In this document: piece after piece, positions 27,439 through 37,868 of the stretch
How positions within the stretch are numbered: position 1 is the stretch's first letter
Layout of the letters: each line of letters begins with the position of its first letter
NCBI GenBank assembly: GCA_964544225.1
Contig: CAZIZK010000002.1
Location: 141,212 to 205,211 of the forward strand
Direction: 5' to 3'
DNA: 64,000 nucleotides
From: an uncultured Candidatus Saccharibacteria bacterium
GTDB taxonomy: Bacteria; Patescibacteriota; Minisyncoccia; Phycocordibacterales; UBA9973
The notes under the pieces: generated by a model
What the model saw: only the letters and a program-made list of their open reading frames with translations
Told to the model about the DNA's origin: nothing
Databases searched by the model: none
Made by a program: the position numbers and the translations under genes

Positions 27439-28569
27439 TTATTTAACGACCCCACCTGCAAGGCATGCATCCCCATAGTAGATTACGACAGATTGGCCCG
27501 GGGCAACAGTTGGGTCGGGGTTGGTAAATGACACAGTCATAGTCTGTGTATCTTTATTATAATCCAATACTTCAACAGGCAAATATTCACCATGGTATCG
27601 CACCTGTGCAGTGTACTTGGAAGCCTTGCTTCCAAGTAGTATCTCACCACGAACTACCACATTACCCAGCTTCACTTCCCATAGGTCGGACCTATGGGAA
27701 GTGTTTTTGTCAAGATTTGCGTATTTATCAACAGAGACCGTAATAGTATTGTTCACAATATCTTTTGCAATTATAAAGTACGGCTTATCGTTTGGGGTTT
27801 TCTTTATGATATTGAAGCCGTGGCGTTCACCTAGTGTGTATAACAATGCGCCCTCGTGAGTACCGATAATATTGCCATCGGTATCTAGCACATTACCCTC
27901 GGTACTTTTTATATAATGCTTTAGGAAATCTTTCATATCCAATGGGCCCAGGAAGCAGACACCTTGGCTATCTTTCTTGTCAGCAACTGGAATATTAAAT
28001 TTTGTAGCCAACTTTCTAACTTCACTCTTCTCTAAATGACCTATCGGGAATAATGTATGGGCTAGATCGTCCTGTGTCAAAGTCCAAAGGAAATAACTTT
28101 GGTCTTTCGCTTGATCTTTGGAGCGAGCAAGAGAGAATACTTTCTGAGAAGCGACGGGTGAACCTATTATATTCTGTGCATAATGCCCTGTAGCAATAAA
28201 GTCTGCGCCACGTTCACGTGCGAACTGCCAAAATACTCCAAACTTCACTTCACGATTGCACATTACATCTGGGTTTGGAGTACGGCCAGCCTTGTACTCA
28301 CTGATCATATAATCGGCTACGCCCTCTTTATAAGCCTGTTCTGCATCACATTCCAGAAATGGCACGTCCAGGTGTGCGCACACACGCATAGCGTCCCTAC
28401 GCTCGTCACGCCAAGTACACTCGATAAAGTCGGGTTGCCATGTGCGGATAAAAACTCCAACAACGTTGTACCCTTGTTTTTTAAGCAACGCTAAAGAAAC
28501 CGAGCTATCCACTCCGCCACTTACACCCACGAATACTGTTGTATCCTTTATATCCTTCATGTTTTTCAC
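27439..28569 (-). CDS. mnmA: tRNA-specific 2-thiouridylase MnmA
   Basis: PP-loop VGVSGGVDSSV, catalytic Cys context (CNREVKFG, GVCFLG). 376 aa. Confidence 0.9.
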   Translation of the reverse strand: MKNMKDIKDTTVFVGVSGGVDSSVSLALLKKQGYNVVGVFIRTWQPDFIECTWRDERRDAMRVCAHLDVPFLECDAEQAYKEGVADYMISEYKAGRTPNPDVMCNREVKFGVFWQFARERGADFIATGHYAQNIIGSPVASQKVFSLARSKDQAKDQSYFLWTLTQDDLAHTLFPIGHLEKSEVRKLATKFNIPVADKKDSQGVCFLGPLDMKDFLKHYIKSTEGNVLDTDGNIIGTHEGALLYTLGERHGFNIIKKTPNDKPYFIIAKDIVNNTITVSVDKYANLDKNTSHRSDLWEVKLGNVVVRGEILLGSKASKYTAQVRYHGEYLPVEVLDYNKDTQTMTVSFTNPDPTVAPGQSVVIYYGDACLAGGVVK

Positions 28570-28611
28570 TATATAATAAATATATGTTAAAAGCTATGGT
28601 AATATAAGTAT

Positions 28612-29325
28612 ATGCATAAACTTATTCTTGTCATACTTATTACCCTATCAATAATACTTGGCATTAGACTTTTTTTAAATGAAAAAGTTACTACTGTTGT
28701 AAACACACCCGAACCAATATCTGAAAACACTCAAGACACAGCAAAGCAACCAACTACTGTAGTAAAATCTGAACAAGTAGTAAAGCCTGTTATAGACCAA
28801 ATGTATCTTATACGTAACTACTCTAAAGAACTTTTTAAAGGCACGTATATAGTAGTGTCTGTTCCAAAGCAAGAACTGTACACAGTAAATAATGGTAAGG
28901 TATTGAAAACATATAAAATATCAACTGCTAAAAAAGGTGTAGGTAATATTATGAATAGTTTGCAGACTCCACTTGGCCTACACCAAATCGCAAGCAAAAT
29001 AGGAGCTAATGCACCTATCGGCACTATTATAAAAGCTGGTGTGGTTACCGATAAAACAACTGAAATAATAATAGAGCACAAAAGTATTGGTACCGACTTG
29101 TTGATTACACGAGTTATGCCCTTAACAGGACTTGAACCAGGTATAAACAGAGGTGGTAAAGTTGACTCTTATAACCGAGGGATCATGATCCATGGAACTC
29201 CAGAAGAAGGACTCATAGGCGAGGAAGTCAGCCATGGGTGTATACGCATGATAAATACTGACATTATTGAATTGTTTAACTCCATACCAAAAGGTACAAA
29301 AGTTTTAATAGAAAATGAACTTTAG
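28612..29325 (+). CDS. L,D-transpeptidase (YkuD-domain) with N-terminal membrane anchor
   Basis: Catalytic HG...SHGCIRM motif (IMIHGTPEEGLIGEEVSHGCIRM), N-terminal TM. Confidence 0.85.
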   Translation: MHKLILVILITLSIILGIRLFLNEKVTTVVNTPEPISENTQDTAKQPTTVVKSEQVVKPVIDQMYLIRNYSKELFKGTYIVVSVPKQELYTVNNGKVLKTYKISTAKKGVGNIMNSLQTPLGLHQIASKIGANAPIGTIIKAGVVTDKTTEIIIEHKSIGTDLLITRVMPLTGLEPGINRGGKVDSYNRGIMIHGTPEEGLIGEEVSHGCIRMINTDIIELFNSIPKGTKVLIENEL

Positions 29326-29326
29326 A

Positions 29327-30190
29327 TTATTTAGACCAGCGGGCAAATATTCCACAAGGTAATAGCCTGTCACCTTTTGATTCTTCTATTACCAACTCAC
29401 CTATTTCTATTTTGCCATCCTTCCCCTTCATCATATCCTTTAGAGTATTTTCATAAGCGATCGGTGAATATCCAGCTGTGTAGCCGTTGATCAATACGAA
29501 AAGTGGGTCATCTGATAGTACAGCTTGGCATAAGTCCATCAATTCTATAAAATGTTCCTCGATCTTCCACAATTCATCTTTCGGACCGTGGCCAAAAGCT
29601 GGTGGGTCCATAACAATAGCATCGTATTTATTACCCCTCTTTACTTCGCGACGCAAGAATACGATACAATCCTCCACTATCCAGCGTATTGGCTTGTCGG
29701 CAAGTCCTGAGAGTTCCGCATTCTCACGGCCCCATGATACAGCAGTTTTAGAGCCGTCTACATGGCATACTTCGGCACCGGCATTTGCACAAGCGAGGCT
29801 TGCACCACCAGTATATGCAAATAGGTTCAATACTTTAGGCTTGTCCATCTTTGACCCTTTAATCACTTTTTCCATCCATTGCCAGTTTGCTAACTGCTCG
29901 GGGAAAAGCCCTGTGTGTTTAAAAGATGTAGGGCGTATAGAAAAAGTAAATCCACCAAATTCGATATTCCACTTCTTTGGTACTGTTGGCTTTAACTTCC
30001 ACTCATTCTTCATACCACGGCGGATAAATACCGCGTCGGCATTGTTCCAAGTATTTGTAGCAATATTCTGCTTCCACAAAGCTTCTGGATCTGGTCGTGA
30101 GAATACAACATCAGCATATCTCTCTAGCTTATATCCGTTGCCAGAATCTAACAATTCATAATCTTTACTTGGTCCTGTTCTTAATATCAT
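29327..30190 (-). CDS. class I SAM-dependent methyltransferase (COG1092/RlmI-like rRNA MTase family)
   Basis: SAM-binding motif I LNLFAYTGGASLACANAGA, acidic motif II EVCHVD, motif IV AIVMDPPAFG. Confidence 0.6.
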   Translation of the reverse strand: MILRTGPSKDYELLDSGNGYKLERYADVVFSRPDPEALWKQNIATNTWNNADAVFIRRGMKNEWKLKPTVPKKWNIEFGGFTFSIRPTSFKHTGLFPEQLANWQWMEKVIKGSKMDKPKVLNLFAYTGGASLACANAGAEVCHVDGSKTAVSWGRENAELSGLADKPIRWIVEDCIVFLRREVKRGNKYDAIVMDPPAFGHGPKDELWKIEEHFIELMDLCQAVLSDDPLFVLINGYTAGYSPIAYENTLKDMMKGKDGKIEIGELVIEESKGDRLLPCGIFARWSK

Positions 30191-30197
30191 AATTTAT

Positions 30198-30746
30198 TTA
30201 TATATTTAATAATTTCTCATACAAAGCATACAATGCACGGGCATCAGACAGTGCAGTGTGGGCTTTCTTGTTATCAATATTGAAATACTCGCACAATGTA
30301 CGCAAAGAATATTTATCGATATCGTCACGGCCATGTAGCTTGGCAAAGGCCATAGTGATAGTGTCGATACGTAGATAATGCATTGTATTGGCAATACCTG
30401 TTTCTTTGAAAGCTTTGTCTATGAACCCTGCGTCAAAGCACAAGTTGTGTGCCACCATAATACAATCCTTCGTCTTGTCCGCCAACATCTGCATGCCTTC
30501 TGGTAATGTATAGGCCAATACCCAGTCCGCCTCGTCATATTTATTCACTCTCAGTGACACTGGGTCGGCTGTTTCTATATGAGCAGGCTTAATCTTTATA
30601 TCAAATTCATCTACCAATGTAAAAGTGGGTTTGTCGCCAGTCCAATCCTGATCAACAAGAACAACACCTATTTCTATAAGCTCGTGTTTATCATTGTCGA
30701 AACCAGTTGTTTCTGTGTCTATAAATGCTAATCGGTGTTTCCTCAT
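30198..30746 (-). CDS. DnaQ-like 3'-5' exonuclease (DEDDh)
   Basis: Exo I AFIDTETTG, Exo II VAHNLCFDAGFI, Exo III YHTALSDARALYALY. Confidence 0.85.
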   Translation of the reverse strand: MRKHRLAFIDTETTGFDNDKHELIEIGVVLVDQDWTGDKPTFTLVDEFDIKIKPAHIETADPVSLRVNKYDEADWVLAYTLPEGMQMLADKTKDCIMVAHNLCFDAGFIDKAFKETGIANTMHYLRIDTITMAFAKLHGRDDIDKYSLRTLCEYFNIDNKKAHTALSDARALYALYEKLLNI

Positions 30747-30751
30747 TTAAT

Positions 30752-31666
30752 TTATCTCAAATATTTTGCAATATTGTGCTTGTGGTCTGTATAAGTAACA
30801 GCCGTGTGTATCATACCATCTTTATCGTGTAAATAATAAATAGCGTTACTTGCTACAGGTTCTACTGTTGCATTCAGTGCAATTAGGCCAAAGTTGGTAA
30901 TAGGCTCAGTTGGTAAGCCTTTTACCTTGTAAGTTATAGGTGCCACATCTACCTGCAGTGGCATACCTTTTTGTAACCTATTCCACAATATACCTGATAT
31001 AATATTGGCATCAGATTTACCTTTTGCCTCTTCTTCTACGAGTGATGCCATGACTACTATATCTTCTTCGCTATAGCCATTGTAACCTTTATCGAGTACC
31101 TTTTTTGTCTTCTTTGTGAAAGTTGTCTCAAGTATCGATACTATTTCATCGATTGAAGTCATTGGATAGAAGAAATAAGTATCCGGGAATAGATATCCCT
31201 GCTTGCCGTCTACTTGATCCAAAAAATTTATCTTATCAAAGTTATCGATCTTACTAGATAGTATATTTGCTATTTCAATATTTGTCTTACCTTCGGGTAT
31301 GGTAACCTTTATCGGTGACACGTGGTGCAAACCTCGTGAGAGCCTGTACCCCACCACTGGTAGTGATATACCCTTTTCAAATTTATAATCCCCTACACTC
31401 AGGCTCTGGTCAGATCCAAAGAATGCTACAAATGATTGCAATAATTTCGGAGATTTTACCACCCCAGCTTGATATAGTTGCTCTGATACATCTTTTATCG
31501 ATTGGCCATATGTGATATGCACAATAACATCAGCTTTATTATTTGGAGATTTTAAAAACAAGAAATAGAAAGATATTAGAAATACAAATATCAAAATAAA
31601 TAAAACAAACAAGCGCTTTGCCGGGCGCCTAGTTGTTGTATTATTTATCTCTATATTTTCTTCCAT
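30752..31666 (-). CDS. mltG: endolytic murein transglycosylase MltG (YceG family)
   Basis: N-terminal TM, YceG signature GLPTEPITNFGLIALNATVEP ... YYLHDKDGMIHTAVTYTDHKHNI. Confidence 0.75.
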   Translation of the reverse strand: MEENIEINNTTTRRPAKRLFVLFILIFVFLISFYFLFLKSPNNKADVIVHITYGQSIKDVSEQLYQAGVVKSPKLLQSFVAFFGSDQSLSVGDYKFEKGISLPVVGYRLSRGLHHVSPIKVTIPEGKTNIEIANILSSKIDNFDKINFLDQVDGKQGYLFPDTYFFYPMTSIDEIVSILETTFTKKTKKVLDKGYNGYSEEDIVVMASLVEEEAKGKSDANIISGILWNRLQKGMPLQVDVAPITYKVKGLPTEPITNFGLIALNATVEPVASNAIYYLHDKDGMIHTAVTYTDHKHNIAKYLR

Positions 31667-31690
31667 CGTTACGAAATTTTATTGTAATAA

Positions 31691-32989
31691 TTATGAAGGC
31701 AAGTTTGCAGGAGGCTTCGCGATCTTGCTCTCTACACGCTTGAATGATGGAGTCTCAGATACCATACCTGGGAAGTGGAACAATGTTGCCAATTCTTCGA
31801 CACTCAGTACAAATATCTCTGGCCGTCCAGGTGGTAGGAATGTTCCTATGAGTTTCGGATACTTGAAGGAGTATTGTATAGGTGGGTGGAACATGACACG
31901 TAGGCGGTAGAAGTCTACATGGCGACGCTTGATCTTGTTGAGTGCAAGTCCTGTAGGGTCTGACCATGGCGCATCGAACTGTGTAGAGTTGAAGCGTTCT
32001 AGCTGGTTACGATTCGGGTAAGCAAACTGGCGGAATATAAGGCGCACTGAACGACGTAGGTTCATAAATTCGTCGAATGATACCAGGTCCTTGTTCGCAA
32101 GAGTAACCACACGGATACCACAGTCAAAGTGGATCTGGTTAATATGGCGAAAAGTTTCTTTTACCAAGTCCTTCAGTGGGTCAGGAGTACGCATATCCTG
32201 ACCAAAGTCGTCTTTATTGTCGTTCTTCTGAGTACGAGTATATGGCTTCAGTAATGTAGCGATCTCTTCCATCGCGGCCTCGTAGATGCTGATATGGCCA
32301 CCTGTATTGTGGCTGTGATATTGCTTGATATTCTGACGCACTATGATCTGTATCCAGACTTGTTCACCAGGCTTCAGTGAGCCCAGGTATTCAATAGTTG
32401 GGGTTAGTGGGTCGATCTTGAACTCTTCCTTCACACCAGTCTTCATATCATCACCAAAGTCTTTGTAAGTTTTTATCGGGTATATATCATGCTTTTCCTT
32501 CTTCCAGTCGGCACCCCAGGTATTCCACTTTCCATTCTTTGTGATCTGAGGTATGTGAAATACATAATCATCTACCTCGAACACTTTTGCCTGTGGGTAT
32601 TGTGAATATATCTGTGTCTCTACTAGGTTACGCATACGTGATGGTGTACGGATAAAGAAGTGTACTTTGCCATCGATAGACACCATCTCGCAAGAGAACC
32701 AGAACCAAGGCGCACCTTGTATATACACTTCCCAGAAGCCTTTCATACTCTTGTGATAGAAAGCGTTCGAGAATATGAGCTCCATAGCTGCAGGAGTCTT
32801 GTTCACATCACGAGGAACCATGATCTCCAGTAGTGTCCACTTGATACCCATGATGAACCTCTCTTGGCGGTAGTGGTGCCATACATGAAGTGCAATAAAT
32901 GACAAAGGTATAGGCATGAGGTAACCAATGATCTTTAATAAAACATTTAGTAGGTTTATATTGTGTGCTGCTAGGAATTCATTAAGCAT
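31691..32989 (-). CDS. hypothetical membrane-anchored protein (432 aa)
   Basis: N-terminal TM (NVLLKIIGYLMPIPLSFIALHVW), large soluble domain. No motif recognised. Confidence 0.5.
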   Translation of the reverse strand: MLNEFLAAHNINLLNVLLKIIGYLMPIPLSFIALHVWHHYRQERFIMGIKWTLLEIMVPRDVNKTPAAMELIFSNAFYHKSMKGFWEVYIQGAPWFWFSCEMVSIDGKVHFFIRTPSRMRNLVETQIYSQYPQAKVFEVDDYVFHIPQITKNGKWNTWGADWKKEKHDIYPIKTYKDFGDDMKTGVKEEFKIDPLTPTIEYLGSLKPGEQVWIQIIVRQNIKQYHSHNTGGHISIYEAAMEEIATLLKPYTRTQKNDNKDDFGQDMRTPDPLKDLVKETFRHINQIHFDCGIRVVTLANKDLVSFDEFMNLRRSVRLIFRQFAYPNRNQLERFNSTQFDAPWSDPTGLALNKIKRRHVDFYRLRVMFHPPIQYSFKYPKLIGTFLPPGRPEIFVLSVEELATLFHFPGMVSETPSFKRVESKIAKPPANLPS

Positions 32990-32992
32990 ATA

Positions 32993-33076
32993 TTATTTGA
33001 TATACCCAATAAGCAAGCCTATGATGATTAGGCCAATTGCAATAATAATTAAATTCACAAAACCTCTTTGATACAT
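32993..33076 (-). CDS. candidate 27-aa hydrophobic micropeptide (single TM), coupled to downstream 432-aa gene
   Basis: Manual translation: MYQRGFVNLIIIAIGLIIIGLLIGYIK. Its stop is 3 nt from the next ATG. Below the ORF-track size cutoff. Sits just downstream of a terminator and a promoter-like region. Confidence 0.3.
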   Translation of the reverse strand: MYQRGFVNLIIIAIGLIIIGLLIGYIK

Positions 33077-33100
33077 ATTAAATATTATATCACACACAAA

Positions 33101-33132
33101 ACAAAAATTCCTGATAATTCAGGAATTTTTGT
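33101..33132 (-). terminator. perfect hairpin aattcctga-taat-tcaggaatt with A/T runs
   Basis: 9-bp perfect stem. Terminates the 343-aa HTH gene. Confidence 0.65.
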
Positions 33133-33145
33133 GAAAATCTTTTTA

Positions 33146-34177
33146 TTATATTGCAGTGTACAAGCCCTGCTTGTTCTTCTTGAAATATTTTGAGTTCTGC
33201 AAGTTCACAAGGATTGTGTTCTTCTTCAAGTAACGTTCCTTCATGACTGCTTCTACTATGTCGTCTTTTGACATTGGGCCATTTGCCTTCAATAGATCCT
33301 TTATAACATCGCGGACAACGCCAGTCTTGTAACCCCATTCCTTTAGCGCGTATATACCACGGCCTACTAGAACGAAACGCTGGTCCTTTATAAGTTCGTT
33401 GTGGCAAGTTGCTGTATGAGTCTTCTTACCGAAAGTATCACAGATAGAGTTAGCTACTTCACGGAAGTGCATAGGGCTACCATGCTTGCGCATCATAAGG
33501 AATGCATAATCCTTGATACCACGAGTCTTGATATTTGAAGAAGTAGACTTACCCCATTCACCGAGTGGGTTCTTACTCATCTTCTTGCTCATTGATAACC
33601 ATCGGCGAGCCATCTCTTCGTCACGGTATTTATCAGAAAGGTCCTTCAATTCATCTAGGAACTTCTTTACCAATTCACTTTCTGGAATCAATTCATCGTC
33701 ACTTAGGTTTGTATACAAGTTCTTCAGAGCGTTGTGAATATTTTCTGACACAGAGTCATCGATACTCCAGCGACTCTTGAAATGTTCGTCTTCCTTACTC
33801 TTTGTAAAGTCATCACCTAGTGTTAGGTATAGGTGTATATGGTTCTGAGTTGTTAAGTCCTTTGAGATATGTGACAGTAGTTCATCTTCACCAACGATAG
33901 AGCCTAGCTTCTGCATAACCTCCTTTAGTTCTGTAAATACAGATTGTTCTGTTTTATATGCATCAGATTTGCGGATCAAAGATAGTGCCGAGTTCTCGAT
34001 CTGGCGAACACGTTCGCGAGTAATGCCATACTTGCCACCAATAGCCTCGAGAGTCTTGCGCTCTGGTTCATCACCAAGACCAAATCGACTTATGATAACT
34101 TCATAAGAACGTTCTGGTAAGTGAGACAGGATCCTCTTTGTGACTTGCTTTGGTTTAAATGTTACTGTTGTTGGCAT
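33146..34177 (-). CDS. DNA-binding protein with N-terminal sigma-70 region-4-like HTH and C-terminal HARE-HTH-like domain
   Basis: N-terminus ERSYEVIISRFGLGDEPERKTLEAIGGKYGITRERVRQIENSAL is a classic sigma70 r4 pattern. C-terminus PMHFREVANSI...RFVLVGRGIYALKEWGY resembles the HARE-HTH of the RNAP delta subunit. Confidence 0.5.
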   Translation of the reverse strand: MPTTVTFKPKQVTKRILSHLPERSYEVIISRFGLGDEPERKTLEAIGGKYGITRERVRQIENSALSLIRKSDAYKTEQSVFTELKEVMQKLGSIVGEDELLSHISKDLTTQNHIHLYLTLGDDFTKSKEDEHFKSRWSIDDSVSENIHNALKNLYTNLSDDELIPESELVKKFLDELKDLSDKYRDEEMARRWLSMSKKMSKNPLGEWGKSTSSNIKTRGIKDYAFLMMRKHGSPMHFREVANSICDTFGKKTHTATCHNELIKDQRFVLVGRGIYALKEWGYKTGVVRDVIKDLLKANGPMSKDDIVEAVMKERYLKKNTILVNLQNSKYFKKNKQGLYTAI

Positions 34178-34289
34178 TTGATTTTATATTTATCTATTTA
34201 TAATAAATTTAGCTTTAATCATAATATCATTACTATCATATAAAGTCAACTATTTTTAAAACCCTTATATTATAAGGGTTTTAAAATGT

Positions 34290-36083
34290 TTACTTCGATG
34301 ATTTGTTACGTGAACGAGCAGATTCAGTCAAAAACTTCTTGCGCAAACGTACGTTCTTTGGTGTAATTTCGAGGTATTCGTCGTCAGCCATGATCTCAAG
34401 CCCTCGCTCGATAGATAGTATGTATGCAGGCTTCACATTTACCGCTTCGTCAGAGCCAGAAGCACGCATGTTGGTTAGTTGTTTACCCTTTATTGGGTTT
34501 ACGGCCATCTCATCACCCTTTGTAACGTTACCGATAACCATACCCTCGTACACCTGAGTGCCGTGTTCTACATACAATATTCCACGCTCTTGTAGATTCC
34601 ACAATGCAAACGCTACAGCCATACCAGATATCATAGATGTCATTGAACCTACATCACGCTTCTTTATCTCGCCAGCGTAATCCTTAAATCCGATAAATTG
34701 TGAAGATAGTAGCCCCTCGCCTTTTGTGTCCACAACGAACTGTCCGCGATAGCCGAGTAGCCCACGAGTTGGCATCTCTATTAGGATACGAGTTATACCC
34801 TCCTTATCATTCATAGAAGTTATCATTCCACGACGTGCAGTTAGCTTCTCTATCACTGAGCCTGCCAATTCTGAACGTACATCGATAGTTACCTCTTCAT
34901 AAGGTTCCTTCTTGCCATCGCCTTCGTCTTTGATGATAACGTGTGGTTGTGACACTTGTAGTTCATAACCTTCACGACGCATGTTTTCCAGCAATACAGC
35001 AATATGCAATTCACCACGTCCGTATACTAGGTATCCATCTGGTGCGTCAAAGTCTACTTTCAAACCGACGTTGATCTCCAATTCCTTCTCCAATCTTTCG
35101 CGGATCTGGCGACCTGTAACGTATTTACCTTCACGGCCAGCAAATGGTGAGTCGTTCACCAAGAAGTTTAGCGAGATAGTTGGCTCATCGATAGCGATAG
35201 CGGGCATAGGGTTAACAGTTGGGTCAGTACAGATTGTCTCACCGATGAATACGTCTGGTATACCTGCAACGATAGCGATGTCACCTGTTGTTAGAACGTC
35301 AGCTTCTTTACGAGCGATACCATGGAATGTAAACATCTTTGTGATCTTTGCATTACGAGACTCACCATCAGCCTTCTTTACTATCAGATTTGAACCTGTT
35401 TTAACAGACCCAGCATATGCACGCACGATAGCCAAACGTCCTAGGAAGTTGTCATATCCGAGGTTGAAAACCTGAGCTTGGAAAGGCTTCTCGGCGTCCT
35501 TTGAAGCTTCTGGAACAACTTCTAATATTAGGTCTAGTAGTGGAGTTAGGTCCTTTGATTCATCTGCTAGGTTCTTCTTTGCGATACCTTGGCGACCGAT
35601 AGCGTAGATAGTTTTGAAGTCGATCTGTTCGTCGTTGGCACCAAGCTCAAGGAATAGTTCCAGAACTTCTTCGTGAACTTTGTCAGGATTTGCAGCTGGC
35701 TTGTCGATCTTGTTTATAACTACGATAGGTTTGAGCCCTAGTTCCAAAGACTTCTTTAATACAAAACGTGTCTGTGGCATTGGACCTTCTTGGGCATCTA
35801 CTAGTAGTAGAACAGAGTCGATAGCACGTAAAACGCGCTCTACCTCAGAGCCGAAGTCCGCGTGTCCTGGAGTGTCCACGATATTGATCTTTGTACCTTT
35901 GTAATTAACTGAAGTGTTCTTCGAGTAGATAGTGATACCACGCTCAAGCTCCAAGGCGTTTGAGTCCATACTTGCACCGTCGTCATTCATACCACACTGC
36001 TTCATAAGCTCGTCTGTCAGAGTTGTCTTGCCGTGGTCCACGTGGGCGATGATTGCTATGTTTCTGATTTCTTGGTTTTCCAT
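34290..36083 (-). CDS. typA: translational GTPase TypA/BipA
   Basis: [36 protein letters not shown]-like domain order. 597 aa. Confidence 0.95.
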   Translation of the reverse strand: MENQEIRNIAIIAHVDHGKTTLTDELMKQCGMNDDGASMDSNALELERGITIYSKNTSVNYKGTKINIVDTPGHADFGSEVERVLRAIDSVLLLVDAQEGPMPQTRFVLKKSLELGLKPIVVINKIDKPAANPDKVHEEVLELFLELGANDEQIDFKTIYAIGRQGIAKKNLADESKDLTPLLDLILEVVPEASKDAEKPFQAQVFNLGYDNFLGRLAIVRAYAGSVKTGSNLIVKKADGESRNAKITKMFTFHGIARKEADVLTTGDIAIVAGIPDVFIGETICTDPTVNPMPAIAIDEPTISLNFLVNDSPFAGREGKYVTGRQIRERLEKELEINVGLKVDFDAPDGYLVYGRGELHIAVLLENMRREGYELQVSQPHVIIKDEGDGKKEPYEEVTIDVRSELAGSVIEKLTARRGMITSMNDKEGITRILIEMPTRGLLGYRGQFVVDTKGEGLLSSQFIGFKDYAGEIKKRDVGSMTSMISGMAVAFALWNLQERGILYVEHGTQVYEGMVIGNVTKGDEMAVNPIKGKQLTNMRASGSDEAVNVKPAYILSIERGLEIMADDEYLEITPKNVRLRKKFLTESARSRNKSSK

Positions 36084-36223
36084 AATTTTGTTATTTAAAA
36101 TAAAAATAAAACGCCTTATTGGCGAAATGTATATGGATTATAGCACACAAGTATTGACAACGCAAGGAAAATATGGAAATAAAAAACCGACATTTTCCAT
36201 GTCGGTTTTTTATTTATTTTGAT

Positions 36224-37321
36224 TTAGAATAATTTTGCAATATCGTGATATGTGACTACTGCCATAAGTAACATCAGTATACCAAAGCCGATAGCATTGG
36301 CCATATTAGCCACCTTTGGCTTTATACGTGAACCCTTGATCTTCTCTATTAGTAGGAACAAGAGTCTTCCACCATCAAGCGCTGGAAATGGAAGCAGATT
36401 GATCACAGCCAAGTTGATAGATATAAGTGCAGTGAATGATAGTAGGTAGATAAATCCAAAGCTTGCTGCAGAGCCCACCATATTTACAATACCTACAGGG
36501 CCTGTAATTGCTGACATATCGGCTTGTCCTATCACTGCATTATGTATCAGAGTATAGAAGCCTTTTACTGTTGCTCCTACCAGATTCGTAGACAATTTCA
36601 AACCTTCCCACAGAGCCTTGTGTAATGGTAGTGACAATGTTCCAACCATATCCATACCAATACCTATGCCTGGTTCCTCCCCAGCCATATTATCTTGTGG
36701 AGTTAGCTTTGTAGTTAGAGACTCTTCTTTGCCACGATTGTATGTAATGGTTATCTCGTCTTTTATATGTGTGCGGATAAAGTATTGTACCGCTGAAGTT
36801 GAAGGAACCTCAGTTTCGCTTTTATTTGATGACAAGTGTGTTATACGGTCACCCACCTCAAGCCCTGCTATGTCTGCAGGTGAACCGGGCAATATATTTG
36901 TCACAGCGAGTTGCGCATTCTCTAGTTTTGCACCAGCTGGTACAGAGTCAACAGATGTAGGCAACCCTGTCATAAATCCAACAGAGAATAGTAGCCATGC
37001 AACGAGGAAGTTCATCGCTACACCTGCGAACAGTACTGCGGCTTGTATATATCGAGGCTTGTTAGCAAAGCTACGCATAGCATCGGGGCCATTGAGTGAC
37101 TCTTCATCCGGATTCTCGCCAAAGATTTTTACATAACCACCAAGTGGTAGTGCATTGAAGCTATAGCGTGTCTCACCCTTCTTTACACTTGCGATACGTG
37201 GTGGAAAGCCGAAAGCGAATTCATCTACCCTAATGCCACTTTTCTTTGCGACAATAAAATGCCCAAATTCATGCGACACAACCAATATCAAAAGTATTAC
37301 AAGGAAAATTATTATGTTCAT
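36224..37321 (-). CDS. rseP: RIP metalloprotease RseP (site-2 protease, M50 family)
   Basis: HEFGHFIVAK (HExxH in TM1), PDZ domain, C-terminal LDGG motif (PFPALDGGRLLF). Confidence 0.9.
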   Translation of the reverse strand: MNIIIFLVILLILVVSHEFGHFIVAKKSGIRVDEFAFGFPPRIASVKKGETRYSFNALPLGGYVKIFGENPDEESLNGPDAMRSFANKPRYIQAAVLFAGVAMNFLVAWLLFSVGFMTGLPTSVDSVPAGAKLENAQLAVTNILPGSPADIAGLEVGDRITHLSSNKSETEVPSTSAVQYFIRTHIKDEITITYNRGKEESLTTKLTPQDNMAGEEPGIGIGMDMVGTLSLPLHKALWEGLKLSTNLVGATVKGFYTLIHNAVIGQADMSAITGPVGIVNMVGSAASFGFIYLLSFTALISINLAVINLLPFPALDGGRLLFLLIEKIKGSRIKPKVANMANAIGFGILMLLMAVVTYHDIAKLF

Positions 37322-37325
37322 ATTA

Positions 37326-37859
37326 TTAATTCATTACTTCAGTTTCCTTCTTTGCAAATATTGCTTCGAGGTTACTATTACTTTCATCTACACATTTCTG
37401 GATATCATCCTTACCCCTCTTTTGTTCGTCTTCGGTTAGGTCATCTAATAGGTCCATCTCCTCCTGGCGGGCTTTGCGTACAGATATACGTGCATCCTCG
37501 AGCTTGTCTTTCAATACTTTTACTAATTTTTGTCTTGTTTCAGTAGTAAGCATGGGGAATATTGCACGCACACCATCACTGTCTGACAATACTGAAAGAC
37601 CTAGGTTGGCAGCTTGGATCGCCTTCTCGATCTCTTTTATATGAGCTTTGTCCCATGGGGCGATGCGCAGAGTCTTTGGGTCCTCTACTGTAACACTCGC
37701 AACGTTCTTTATAGGCTGGTAGCTACCATAACTCTCGATATTTACAGAGTCCAGTATCATAGGTGTTGCACGGCCTGTATGCACAGATCCGAACTCTTTT
37801 GATAACCATTCCTCTATCTTTTTTAATTCTTGTTTAAAATTTTGTGTATTGTATGCCAT
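37326..37859 (-). CDS. frr: ribosome recycling factor
   Basis: VHTGRATPMILDSVNIESYGS, KIAPWDK, C-terminal coiled coil. 177 aa. Confidence 0.95.
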   Translation of the reverse strand: MAYNTQNFKQELKKIEEWLSKEFGSVHTGRATPMILDSVNIESYGSYQPIKNVASVTVEDPKTLRIAPWDKAHIKEIEKAIQAANLGLSVLSDSDGVRAIFPMLTTETRQKLVKVLKDKLEDARISVRKARQEEMDLLDDLTEDEQKRGKDDIQKCVDESNSNLEAIFAKKETEVMN

Positions 37860-37868
37860 ATGTTTGTA

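Noticed and set aside
33090-33407. 105-aa minus-strand ORF overlapping the 3' end of the 343-aa HTH gene in another frame
   Set aside because: Completely nested in the longer, motif-supported ORF and spans its terminator hairpin. Spurious.
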